64,000 bases of DNA from Macrostomum lignano (lineage: Eukaryota): NCBI GenBank assembly GCA_002269645.1, contig NIVC01001237.1, forward strand, positions 310,001-374,000, written 5' to 3'. The position numbers and the translations under genes were made by a program. Below are positions 51,436 through 63,585 of this stretch, piece after piece (position 1 is the stretch's first letter; every line of letters starts with the position of its first letter). The notes beneath the pieces were generated by a model. It was not told where the DNA came from. It ran no database searches and saw only the letters and a program-made list of their open reading frames with translations.

Positions 51436-51903
51436 GCATGTTCACCAAGCACTGTCGCAGACTGCTGAACAGGCGCTGCCACTGCCTGTCGAAATGGCTT
51501 CGACGGAGGCGCCAGCGGAGGGAGTGGCGACAGCAGCAGCTGGTGCTGCCACAGCACAGTCCATTCCACCACCATCAGCGTCAGATGCAGCTGCAGCAGC
51601 AGCAACAACAGAGACATGTTGGCTGCCAATACGAAATGATTCCGATGCAGGATTTACAAAATCAGAACGAAAATTCGAAGCAGAAATTGGAGAATAAAGC
51701 AACTCCGGAGCAGATCACTGTGCGAGCTGAATCTGCAGCCACAGCCAGTGCAGCTGTAGCCGCCTTGGCCCCTTCGGGCAGCACTTTCTCTAGCGGCTCG
51801 GCTCGCACTTATGAGAAACAACAGCAGCAGCAGTTGTCTCTTTCGTCTTCTTCTAGAAGACTCGATCGGAATGCGTTTGATAAAATGTATCCGCCAATAT
51901 ACG
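51436..51903 (+). CDS. GPCR exon 6 (helix 8, long Q/S-rich tail)
   Basis: CCGCAG|GMFTKHCRR..; donor TACG|GTAGG at 51904. Confidence 0.75.
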
Positions 51904-51937
51904 GTAGGAAGTTGCGTAGAGAACTTGGGGTGAGGGC

Positions 51938-52228
51938 TAGAGTTCTGCGGGGCTGTTTAGCCGGGAGAGAGTGTACATTGAGGTGGGGGTAGAGTTCTGC
52001 GGGGCTGTTTAGCCGGGAGAGAGTATACATTGAGGTGAGGATAGAGTTCTGCGGGGCTGTTTAGCCGGGAGAGAGTATACATTGAGGTGGGGATAGAGTT
52101 CTGCGGGGCTGTTTAGCCGGGAGAGAGTGTACATTGAGGTGAGGATAGAGTTCTGCGGGGCTGTTTAGCCGGGAGAGTGTACATTGACGTGGGGATAGAG
52201 TTCTGCGGGGCTGTTTTAGCCGGGAGTG
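51938..52228. repeat. 52-bp minisatellite (GPCR intron 6)
   Basis: CCGGGAGA at 51961 and 52013. Confidence 0.93.
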
Positions 52229-52437
52229 TACTCGATAATTATTAATACCTTGAAGATGCATGTACGAGCGTACTTGCCATGAAGTTCTTAGCGGACTCGG
52301 GTCAATGATTTTTAACATTTTCAGAGAAACTACTAATAGAAAAAGGCATTCGAAAATTTCATATAAACAAGCATCTAATTCCTGTCTTGTTACCCTACAT
52401 CATATTCTGTCATTTCATCCTATTTCAATTATTTCAG

Positions 52438-52460
52438 ACATGTCGCCGAGAACATCCTGA
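52438..52460 (+). CDS. GPCR putative terminal exon 7 (DMSPRTS*)
   Basis: Pyrimidine tract then ATTTCAG|, in frame with the 51903 donor; AATAAA at 52726. Confidence 0.55.
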
Positions 52461-53167
52461 ACTATACATTGAGCCTCGACTGTTCTTCTGCGTGCAAGGA
52501 ATTTAAAATTCTTTCACTGACAAAACATCAATTTAGCTCGTAATTATCCCGTGCTGACGACTAATTTAGACATCCAAGCTAGGCAGGTTCGCCCCCGCCC
52601 GCCTACACAACTGCATAGCAGGTCTCCCTAATCGCTATTTATTCACGGTTACTAAACGCAACACATACCCCCGCAAAACAATTTAAAAATACCTTTTGTC
52701 GTGCCGTGTTTGTCTTGCCATTTTTAATAAATAAAGACAATCTATACATTACTGTAAAGAAGTGTTTTAAAAGATAAAAATTGAAATAGCTTCTATAATT
52801 TCTCAGTTGATTCATCTGTACATAACTTCTGTGATGCTAATGGCTTCGCAAGGTAACCTACTGACTGCAAGAAAATTGATAAGTTCTGTTTGGATTCAAT
52901 GAATAAAATCATGCGATGGGAAATAGAATTTGCATGCTTGAGCACGAGTTCGGTCTGTTTCATTTCCGGCAGTGCCGGTGGCCTGCCATATTCAGCCTCT
53001 GGGCTAAACTACAAGCCGGAGGTACTGCTGCACTGTATAGATGGACTGCTTTAGTCACGCGCAGAAAAGTACAATGCTGCATTGGAAGACTGTGTAGGGC
53101 TGGAACTTGCTTCTGCTCTTTTTACAGAGGGGTTGAATGAGTGTGAAAAAAAGGCTTACCAAATGAA

Positions 53168-53872
53168 GGGCAGGGAGTGGGTGGGTGAGGGAAGGCAGGG
53201 AGTGGGTAGGTGAGGAAGGGCAGGGAGTGGGGTGGGTGAGGGAAGGCAGGGAGTGGGTGGGTGAGGAGGGGCAGGGAGTGGGATGGGTGAGAGAAGGCAG
53301 GGAGTTGGTGGGTGAGGGAAGGCAGGGAGTGGGGTGGGTGAGGGAAGGCAGGGAGTGGGATGGGTGAGGAAGGGCAGGGAGTGGGGTGGGTGAGGGAAGG
53401 CAGGGAGTGGGTGGGTGAGGAGGGGCAGGGAGTGGGGTGGGTGAGGGAAGGCAGGGAGTGGGGTGGCTGAGGGAAGGCAGGGAGTGGGGTGGCTGAGGGA
53501 AGGCAGGGAGTGGGTAGGTGAGGAAGAGCAGGGAGTGGGATGGGTGAGAGAAGGCAGGGAGTTGGTGGGTGAGGGAAGGCAGGGAGTTGGTGGGTGAGGG
53601 AAGGCAGGGAGTGGGTGGGTGAGGAGGGGCAGGGAGTGGGTGGGTGAGAGAAGGCAGGGAGTGGGTGGGTGAGGAGGGGCAGGGAGTGGGTGGGTGAGTG
53701 GGTAGGTGAGGAAGAGCAGGAGTGGGTAGTGGGAAGTGGGTGAGAGAAGGCAGGGAGTGGGTGGGTGAGAGAAGGCAGGGAGTGGGTGGGTGAGGAGGGG
53801 CAGGGAGTGGGGTGGGAGAGAGAAGGCAGGGAGTGGGGTGGGTGAGGGAAGGTAGGGAGTGGGTGGGTGAGT
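53168..53872. repeat. G-rich ~25-bp tandem repeat between convergent 3' ends
   Basis: GGGTGAGGGAAGGCAGGGAGTGGG(G)T units. Confidence 0.93.
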
Positions 53873-54362
53873 GGAGTATGATGACAGTTATTACAAATAA
53901 AGAATACAAAACATGGTCAGTTAGTGTTTATTGATAATAAATAATTAATAATTATATCAATGGGCTATAGGCTAAAAAATAGCCATAGCGCGTCAATATG
54001 ATTTATTGAATAAAATCTTGTGCAACTCAACCCGAGAGTTAGTATTCATAAAACAGACAGCTTTACATTAACGTTAATGAAGCAAATGGAGTCAGGTTCG
54101 GGAAGAAAATTTATCGCAACTCGCTGAAAAAAATTACGGCCAAGACTAACTTGCACCGAAACAATACTGAATAAATAACACAACCAATTTATCAACTCTT
54201 AATAACAAGCTACAGTTGAATGGCAAGCAAAATCTTGAGTTATATTAACAGTTTAGAAAAAGCAAACAAAGCAGAAAAAAACTCAAAGAAATTATCGAAA
54301 AGAAAGAACACTACAGCATTTTCCATGCAGCATTGTCTGCTAAACTATATTTTAAGGACATT

Positions 54363-54475
54363 TTATTGTTCAGACACCTGCCATACAATTAGGTGAGATC
54401 GCTCCGGCTTGGGGACCAGCGATTTGGCACCCGCCACTGCGGACTGGTCCTGCTCGGATGGGTCCTCCGGGTCAC
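54363..54475 (-). CDS. unc-16: JIP3/JIP4 (UNC-16/Sunday driver)-like, last exon
   Basis: TTTGCAG|..PKPERSHLIVWQVSEQ*; ERSHLIVWQV is the characteristic JIP3/4 C-terminus. Confidence 0.9.
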
Positions 54476-54487
54476 CTGCAAAAACAG

Positions 54488-54489
54488 AT

Positions 54490-54520
<31 letters not shown>

Positions 54521-54766
54521 GGATAGATAGATAGTAGATAGCGAGAAAGAGCGAGCGAAGCGAGCTCTTTCGAGCTTGCTTGCCGCAGCTAATCAAACTG
54601 AAAGCACGCACACAAGATCACCGGAAACGATTAAGGCAGCTGGAAAGCCAATGGGCGCGGTAAGCGCTTTTATCCAGAGGAACTACCTACTGGAACCAGC
54701 CAACAAGATAGATAGATAGATGGATAGATAGATAGATAGATAGATAGATGGATAGATAGATAGATG

Positions 54767-54801
<35 letters not shown>

Positions 54802-54818
54802 GGATAGATAGATAGATG

Positions 54819-54889
<71 letters not shown>

Positions 54890-54890
54890 G

Positions 54891-54929
<39 letters not shown>

Positions 54930-55575
54930 GGATAGATAGATAGATAGATAGATAGATGGATAGATAGATAGATAGAGCAGCAGAGAAAGACACAAGAGCA
55001 GCAGAGAAAGACACAAGAGCAGCAGAGAAAGACACAATAACAGCAGAGAAAGACACAAGAGCAGCAGAGAAAGACACAAGAACAGCAGAGAAAGACACAA
55101 GAACAGCAGAGAAAGACACAAGAACAGCAGAGAAAGACACAAGAACAGCAGAGAAAGACACAAGAGCAGCAGAGAAAGACACAAGAACAGCAGAGAAAGA
55201 CACAAGAACAGCAGAGAAAGACACAAGAACAGCAGAGAAAGACACAAGAGCAGCAGAGAAAGACACAATAACAGCAGAGAAAGACACAAGAGCAGCAGAG
55301 AAAGACACAAGAACAGCAGAGAAAGACACAAGAACAGCAGAGAAAGACACAAGAACAGCAGAGAAAGACACAAGAACAGCAGAGAAAGACACAAGAGCAG
55401 CAGAGAAAGACACAAGAACAGCAGAGAAAGACACAAGAACAGCAGAGAAAGACACAAGAGCAGCAGAGAAAGACACAAGAACAGCAGAGAAAGACACAAG
55501 AACAGCAGAGAAAGACACAAGAGCAGCAGAGGCCGCACACACACACACACACGCACACACACACGCACACACAGA
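54488..55575. repeat. (GATA)n arrays, 21-bp AGCAGAGAAAGACACAAGAAC array and (CA)n (JIP last intron)
   Basis: 54488-54535, 54706-54975, 54976-55528 and 55535-55575. Confidence 0.96.
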
Positions 55576-55706
55576 GTGCTGGTGCAGCATGCCTGATGAA
55601 TATTTCAGAGCAGCTCAGAGAATGTTAATATAATCCAGCTACACAAGTGGCAATTGAGCCGAGACCAGGCCCAGCTAATAAATAATTAATGAACCGGGCT
55701 GCTCAC

Positions 55707-55808
55707 CAACTCTGAAGTCGATGTAGCCCTCCCCGCCGCTGATGAGTAGCACAGTGCGGCAGTCCTTGTCGCGGGAAATTGTTCCCGCGGGAGGAGGCTC
55801 GCGCTTGC
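55707..55808 (-). CDS. unc-16: JIP3/JIP4-like, penultimate exon
   Basis: TTTTTAG|GKREPP..VLLISGGEGYIDFRV|GTGAG, phase 1-1. Not in the ORF track. Confidence 0.92.
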
Positions 55809-56161
55809 CTAAAAAGCAGAAGAAGATCAACTGAGGGAGCTGTTCTCAAGTAAAGTTTATTATTCACAAGTGTTTTTTATAATCTGTGAATGAATTAATT
55901 AATTAGCGTGGCCTGATGTTGGCCCAGGACTTACTATTGACAATTGTTCGTCATTATACTCGTAATGGAGAAAAATCGATTTCTGAGCACAGCAATCAAT
56001 CGACGCGAATTTTAAGAGGTCCTGAGTTCGATTCTTTCTAAACTCAATAACTTAAATATAGGTTTCAACTGTTTTACAAACCTTCCTTTGCCTGCTTTTC
56101 GCTATAGCAGTCACTCTCAGAGGCTGAAATTTATGATTTTGCTATTGAATTTGGGACCTTA

Positions 56162-56870
56162 TAAGTACCTAATTAGCTAAGTGACTTTGAGACCTAATAG
56201 GTACCTAATTAGCTAATTGACTCTGAGACTTTATAGGTACCTAATTAGCTAATTGACCTGAGACTTTATAGGTACCTAATTAGCTAATTGACTTTGAGAC
56301 TTTATAGGTACCTAATTAGCTAATTGACTCTGAGACTTTATAGGTACCTAATTAGCTAATTGACTCTGAGACTTTATAGGTACCTAATTAGCTAATTGAC
56401 CTGAGACTTTATAGGTACCTAATTAGCTAATTGACTTTGAGACTTTATAGGTACCTAATTAGCTAATTGACTCTGAGACTTTATAGGTACCTAATTAGCT
56501 AATTGATTCTGAGACTTTATAGGTACCTAATTAGCTAATTGACTCTGAGACTTTATAGGTACCTAATTAGCTAATTGACTTTGAGACTTTATAGGTACCT
56601 AATTAGCTAATTGATTCTGAGACTTTATAGGTACCTAATTAGCTAATTGACTCTGAGACTTTATAGGTACCTAATTAGCTAAGTGACTTTGAGACCTAAT
56701 AGGTACCTAATTAGCTAATTGACTCTGAGACTTTATAGGTACCTAATTAGCTAATTGACTTCAAGACCCTATAGAATATAGTAGGTACCTAACTAGCTAA
56801 TTGACTTTGAGACCTGATAGGTACCTAATTAGTTACATGGAGTTTAAAATATTAGGTACCTTAATTAGCT
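56162..56870. repeat. 36-bp palindrome-rich minisatellite (JIP intron)
   Basis: TAGGTACCTAATTAGCTAATTGACTCTGAGACTTTA. Confidence 0.96.
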
Positions 56871-56978
56871 ATAGACCTTAGATTCATAATTAGCTGAACT
56901 GGTTTTAATAACACTAGGCATCCGGTAGTAGATGAACCAATCGTTGAGAAAAAATAGAAACTAAACTCTGCTCCGTAC

Positions 56979-58368
56979 CTGGCACTGCAAGGAAGAATTT
57001 CACCGCATCCTTGTGACCGTGAAAAGACAACTGCGCCAAATCCATGCTGACGTGAGGCAGCAGACAGCTGAAGCCTTCAGAATCCTGAACGCCATCACCA
57101 GCAGAGCCGGAAGCCGGTTGCGTGACAAACGGCACGGTGACAATGATGCCATTGCTGGTACCGATCCACAATCGTCCGCAGGCGGCAAACAGAGAGGTCA
57201 GGCGAACCAAGGAGAAGCCGAGTCTTGACGTGCCCAGCACCTGGCTGATGTAGGGCTCAATGTCAATCTCTTGCAGCAGGGCGTGCGTGTGAGCGTGGAA
57301 CAGGCGCAGCACGGTGTCTAAGCGGAAGCCGATCCAGACGCCCTCTCCAATGGGGCACAGCAGTCGGACTGTGCTATCAGCTCTCGGATGCGCATCGAAG
57401 CTGGCGGCTACGCGGAGAGTTCTGGGATCGACCACTTTAATGGTGTTCTGCACGCCTATCCACAAGGCCGCGCCGCCTGCTGTGGCCGCCATCGCACGAA
57501 CGGGTGCCGCCGCGTCGCTGACAGCCAACTCGTAGTAGCGAGACAGATCCCAGCACTGCTGCTGCTGCTCCATTGCGGTGGCAGCATTGGGATCCAATTG
57601 CCGTCTGCAGAACACCAACAGCGAACCGTTGGCCAGACCGAGGAATGCGCGGCCGCGCAGGTGGCAGATAGCCACAATGGCATCCTTCAACTGCAGGCAC
57701 TGCAGACAGCGTCGCCAATTGTTAACGGCCGAGTGGATGAATAGCAGGCCGTTTTGACAGCCGAGCCACATTGTAGAATCCGACAGGTGGGCACTGCGTC
57801 CGCTAGAGGCAGTCGGCTCGCTAGATAAGCCGCGTTCAATCAACAGGTCCGTGCCTGTCCGCTGCTTCTGCTGTCCCTGCGGCTGCTGCTGTTTTGGCGG
57901 CGAGCCAACAAGCGACAGGCTGCTGGCGTGCGGACTCTGGTTTGGAGACTCAACAGCTACGCACCGGACGAGTCGAGCTCGGTCTGACGCCAACTCGGAC
58001 AGCGGATCAACATCTGCACCGCTGCCATTGCCGTCGATATTCGGCGCATCGTCCGGCTGAAAGTCGCCAGGCGCCGGGCCTGGAACGCAGGTGACGGCCA
58101 GCACCTGGGATTGGCACAGGGTGAAGGCTTGGAGCAGCTCGGCTGGACGGTTCGCATCGATGATGCACACCTGGCTCGGGCCGGCCGATGACTGCTCGCT
58201 AGTGCAGATCCACACTACCGAGGTGAGGCCCACATCTGGCAGCATGCCGAACTGGGCCTGCTGTCTGCTCAGCTGCTCGCTCAGGCTGGTCAACTCTGGA
58301 CTATCGGGCGCGTCGCCAAGGTTGAACTGTCGTCGGAGACCAGCTGAAACAGCGGCTGCGCACCACAC
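56979..58368 (-). CDS. unc-16: JIP3/JIP4-like WD40/beta-propeller exon
   Basis: VWCAAAV, SVVWIC, TMWLGCQNG, DIEPYISQVLGTSRLGFSLVRLT, AQLSFHGHKDAVKFFLAVPG; CAACAG| acceptor and G|GTAC donor. Confidence 0.93.
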
Positions 58369-58607
58369 CTGTTGGAGCAGGGTTTCAAATCAAATTAGAA
58401 AGCTTTGTTGGGAGCGGGATACTGGACTGAGACACTGACAGTCCGATAGCAAACGTCTCTTAGATTTGGAACCAAACACTTGGAACACCCTGACATCCAC
58501 CTGTAGATTAATCAATTAATCAATAGACACTCAGAGACTTAAAGACACATTGACATCATTTAAATGTAATTTTTTCAATTGATAACCGGAGACACGCAGG
58601 ACACACG

Positions 58608-59948
58608 GATATCATTCAGTAGAACTGACTTTCCCGAAAGACACCTTGAGACTCGAAGGACATCCTGACATCATTCAGTAGAACTGACTTTCCCAATAGC
58701 CACCTTGAGACTCGAAGGACATCCTGACATCATTCAGTAGAACTGACTTTCCAGATAGACACCTTGAGACTCGACGGACATCCTGACATCATTCAGTAGA
58801 ACTGACTTTCCAGATGGACACCTTGAGACTCGAAGGACATCCTGACATCATTCAGTAACACTGACTTTCCAGATAGACACCTTGAGACTCGACGGACATC
58901 CTGACATCATTCAGTAGAACTGACTTTCCCAATAGACACCTTGAGACTCGAAGGACATCCTGACATCATTCAGTAGAACTGACTTTCCAGATGGACACCT
59001 TGAGACTCGAAGGACATCCTGACATCATTCAGTAGAACTGACTTTCCCAATAGACACCTTGAGACTCGAAGGACATCCTGACATCATTCAGTAGAACTGA
59101 CTTTCCCAATAGACACCTTGAGACTGGAAGGACATCCTGACATCATTCAGTAGAACTGACTTTCCCAATAGACACCTTGAGACTCGAAGGACATCCTGAC
59201 ATCATTCAGTAGAACTGACTTTCCCAATAGACACCTTGAGACTCGAAGGACACCCTGACAACATTCAGTAGAACTGACTTTCCAGATAGACACCTTGAGA
59301 CTCGACGGACATCCTGACATCATTCAGTAGAACTGACTTTCCCAATAGACACCTTGAGACTCGAAGGACATCCTGACATCATTCAGTAGAACTGACTTTC
59401 CAGATAGACACCTTGGGACTCGAAGGACATCCTGACATCATTCAGTAGAACTGACTTTCCAGATAGACACCTTGAGACTCGAAAGACATCCTGACATCAT
59501 TCAGTAGAACTGACTTTCCAGATAGACACCTTGAGACTCGAAGGACATCCTGACATCATTCAGTAGAACTGACTTTCCAGATGGACACCTTGAGACTCGA
59601 AGGACATCCTGACATCATTCAGTAGAACTGACTTTCCCGAAAGACACCTTGAGACTCGAAGGACATCCTGACATCATTCAGTAGAACTGACTTTCCCAAT
59701 AGACACCTTGAGACTCGAAGGACACCCTGACATCATTCAGTAGAACTGACTTTCCAGATAGACACCTTGAGACTCGACGGACATCCTGACATCATTCAGT
59801 AGAACTGACTTTCCCAATAGACACCTTGAGACTCGAAGGACATCCTGACATCATTCAGTAGAACTGACTTTCCAGATGGACACCTTGAGACTCGAAAGAC
59901 ATCCTGACATCATTCAGTAGAACTGACTTTTCAGATGGACACCTTGAG
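58608..59948. repeat. 59-bp minisatellite, ~23 copies
   Basis: GACACCTTGAGACTCGAAGGACATCCTGACATCATTCAGTAGAACTGACTTTCCCAATA. Confidence 0.97.
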
Positions 59949-60181
59949 ACATCATCAGCGCAGAACACAGTGTTTGCACAACCCGTAACGCACCCCTTTA
60001 TTTTTGCAACAGTTAATGACTTAACAGGAATAAAAACATGCGTCAGAAACACGGCCACTCCCATAGTACGTCCGATTAGAATTGGAACAATTTTTGTCGA
60101 TTATTTAAAAGAGAAAAATAACTGCAACCACCAATGAAAACGCAACTGCACAGCACTCAGCACTGGTGAATGCCTGTTTAC

Positions 60182-60244
60182 CGGAATCCTTGCCAGCCCA
60201 GACACAGAGTGGGCGGCAGTTCGACTCGAAAACAATGGTCGCAT
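60182..60244 (-). CDS. Possible short upstream exon of the JIP-like gene (MRPLFSSRTAAHSVSGLARIP)
   Basis: ATG to CCG|GTAAAC, phase 0 and compatible with the 58368 acceptor. No homology support. Confidence 0.25.
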
Positions 60245-60768
60245 AGAAAAGCAACCGAATCGAGCGTGAAGCGACGGTTTATTCTTCATAATCAATGAAG
60301 ACAATAAACATATAATATAGAATATCTCAATTTTCTAGAGCCTAACAAAATGCTCGCCTGACGCATCAAAACACAACAATGAAGCTATTTACGCGCATTG
60401 CATAGAAGCCCTTATAAATAGCATGTTCTGATAAAAAAAATGAAATTTAAGCGCTCAAATATTGAGAATAAGGTACGGGGTTATGCTAAACGTCTGGGTT
60501 ATTATAAACCTTTGAAGGAGAGCTTCAAAATCAGCTTTGACTTTGGAATACTTTATAGTATCTGCCGTGAAACAGCACTACTGTAGCACTTGGAACCATA
60601 GACAAAAGTTTTATCTCGCGGTCAAATTTTCCCGAGCTAATATAGCTATTTCATGCTCAGGCTGAAATCGGATGAACGAGAGAATGAAAATTCGACTAGA
60701 CTAAGGCAAGTCAAGAATCGAAATCTGCACTTTGAAAACACGTTTTTTTAAAAAAAGAAGGTAGCAGC

Positions 60769-60951
60769 ATGGCGGACTGTCCGTTGTCAACAAGTAACCT
60801 GCAGTTGGAACTAAACAGTGTAGAAGACGAGAAGCGCAAGATTTTGTCCATCTTCAAAGACGAAAGCGCAAAGTGCGACAATTGGAACCGAAAGTACATT
60901 GCTAGCAGCATGTTTGTGCTCGGTTCCGGTGCCTATGGCAGCGTTTTTCAG
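60769..60951 (+). CDS. Divergent CK1-superfamily protein kinase, exon 1
   Basis: Ends with the G-loop LGSGAYGSVFQ|GTAGG, phase 0. Confidence 0.85.
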
Positions 60952-61189
60952 GTAGGTTTGATTGTTTTGAAACTAAAGCTTTAGTAGTTAACGAGATATT
61001 GTTGACTTCGTTGATTCGTTTTTGTTGACTTCAGCAATAAGCAGAATTACCAGAATGAGGCAAAGAAAAACCAGCTTCAGAAACAGAGGGGCGGAAAAGC
61101 AGTTTCTTAGAAAAGACATGGGGCGGAAAAATACTTTCTTTGGAAACTAGAGGGGCGGAAAACAAGATTCTTAGAAAACAAAAAGGTGG

Positions 61190-62125
61190 AAAACCAGTTT
61201 CGGAAACAGAAGGGTAAAAACCAGGTTCGGAAACAGAAGGGTGGGTGGAAAACCAGTTTCGGAAACAGAAGGGTGGGTGGAAAACCAGTTTCGGAAACAG
61301 AAGGGTGGAAAACCAGTTTCGGAAACAGAAGGGTGGGTGGAAAACCAGTTTCGGAAACAGAAGGGTGGAAAACCAGTTTTGGAAACAGAAGGGTGGGTGA
61401 AAAACCAGTTTCGGAAACAGAAGGGTGGAAAACCAGTTTTGGAAACAGAAGGGTGGGTGAAAAACCAGTTTCGGAAACAGAAGGGTGGAAAACCAGTTTC
61501 GGAAACAGAAGGGTGAAAAACCAGTTTCGGAAACAGAAGGGTGAAAAACCAGTTTCGGAAACAGAAGGGTGGAAAACCAGTTTCGGAAACAGAAGGGTGG
61601 AAAACCAGTTTCGGAAACAGAAGGGTGGAAAACCAGTTTCGGAAACAGAAGGGTGAAAAACCAGTTTCGGAAACAGAAGGGTGAAAAACCAGTTTCGGAA
61701 ACAGAAGGGTGGAAAACCAGTTTCGGAAACAGAAGGGTGGAAAACCAGTTTCGGAAACAGAAGGGTGGAAAACCAGTTTCGGAAACAGAAGTGTGAAAAA
61801 ACAGTTTCGGAAACAGAAGTGTGGAAAACCAGTTTCGGAAACAGAAGGGTGAAAAACCAGTTTCGGAAACAGAAGGGTGGAAAACCAGTTTCGGAAACAG
61901 AAGGGTGAAAAACCAGTTTCGGAAACAGAAGGGTGAAAAACCAGTTTCGGAAACAGAAGGGTGGAAAACCAGTTTCGGAAACAGAAGGGTGAAAAACCAG
62001 TTTCGGAAACAGAAGGGTGAAAAACCAGTTTCGGAAACAGAAGGGTGAAAAACCAGTTTCGGAAACAGAAGGGTGGAAAACCAGTTTCGGAAACAAAAGG
62101 GTAAAAAACCAGTTTCGGAAACAGC
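61190..62125. repeat. 28-bp minisatellite (kinase intron 1)
   Basis: CCAGTTTCGGAAACAGAAGGGTGGAAAA. Confidence 0.97.
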
Positions 62126-62202
62126 AGAGGGGTCTAAAGTTAACTTCTGCAAATCTCCGCAGTAAAAATTTGCCGAACTCCATTTTCTAATTATAACCTC
62201 AG

Positions 62203-62913
62203 GTAACCACGCGGCAATACAAAAGCAAGCAAAAGACGTCCAAAGGTCGCTACAGCTATCATCCGGGATTTTTAGAGGCGATCGCTGCTCAACGCCGGGT
62301 GAAAGTTGAAATGCTAGACAAACTCCGCGATCCAAATCGAGACGAGGCCTACCTGGACATCGTGGCTATCAAATACGAGATTATCGATCAGGCTCAACTG
62401 GAGGACGGCACGACTCGTTATTTGCTGTTTTTAAGACGCGAATTTCTCGTACTGGACTCGATGTGGCGCAAAAATTATCGTCAAATGCACGGGTTTCCAA
62501 CGGTATTCGATTACGGCTACGTTGGCGACAAGAACCACTACGGCATCAATCAGAAGTATAAAAACATTTTCACTTATCTCAATTTGCAAGGCGAGGAAGT
62601 GAAATTCTTCACTGACATTGACAATCGCAATCTGGAAGGCGTTACCAAGATCTCCTACATGGCCATGGAGCTGCTCGGACCGTCGATTGACGACTTTCGC
62701 AACTATTACGAGCCCTGGTTCAGCGAAGTCGGCTTAAAACCATTCTTCGGCGTGAGCACTGTGTTTAAAATAGCCGACCAGACTCTGTGCAGACTGTTGA
62801 TAATGCACAGGTGCGGATTTGTGCACCACGACTTGAAGCCGGACAATATTGCCATGGGCAACGGGAGGACTATGAACACCGTCTATCTGCTGGACTTTGG
62901 CTTCGCTAAACTG
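62203..62913 (+). CDS. CK1-superfamily kinase, exon 2
   Basis: CCTCAG|; VAIKYE, LRREF, MELLGPSI, FVHHDLKPDN, VYLLDFGFAKL|GTGAGT. Confidence 0.92.
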
Positions 62914-63585
62914 GTGAGTAAAACGAGTTCTCAGAATGTGAATTGTGTACCTCCGCAGTTTTAAGACTCGATCGATAAAGATAAACAGTTGTTCCATCGA
63001 AACGAGGCCCCCCCCCTGAACCGCTTAAAACGTTTCCGTGACAAAAATCGCTAGAGTGATTGCAAACAACTCACTAGCGACTCTTGTGACTTTTCAATGA
63101 CTCAAATGACTACAATGCGACGGAGAGGTGACTGTTGAGTCGCGAGCGCATGAATTTAGTTGTAGAATCGTTTAGAGTCGCATAAAGTCGCCTAAGAGTC
63201 GTTTTGTAAGGGTTTAACTTTCTACTAACTCAAGTAGACTAAATAGAGTTGTTGAAAATGCAAAAAGCGATTCTAATTTCATAAATTGACGCAGATGCCC
63301 TTTAGATGCATCTCAGTAATTCTACAGCGACTCTGACACGCCTCAGATACGACTATACGGACCCCAGAGTCGTTTCAGAGTCGCAGACAATAAAACGCCT
63401 CAAATTCACTCTTGGGGGGCTCTTTGACGACTTATTGGCGACTTGCACCGTGACGTTTCGTCGTTTACGAGTCGTCTAGATTCACTTCTTTCCTATTTGA
63501 CCTGTGCTAACTGAAAAGACTTTCACTTTCATCATCGTTTTCATCTTGGTTAATCGTCGAATTTTTTAATATTTACCAAATTCAG

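Noticed and set aside
51904-51992. GPCR C-terminus reading into the 52-bp repeat (ORF-track stop at 51992)
   Set aside because: A donor at 51904 and an in-frame acceptor at 52437 give a cleaner model; not fully excluded without RNA data.
30967-59948. Regular 25-59-bp arrays as CRISPR arrays
   Set aside because: Units are contiguous with no unique spacers, there are no cas genes, and the context is spliceosomal introns.
12412-62335. Long low-complexity ORFs (e.g. 12412, 28548, 39651, 40969, 46249, 53055, 54670, 61031)
   Set aside because: These are stop-free translations of tandem repeats, open in several frames at once.
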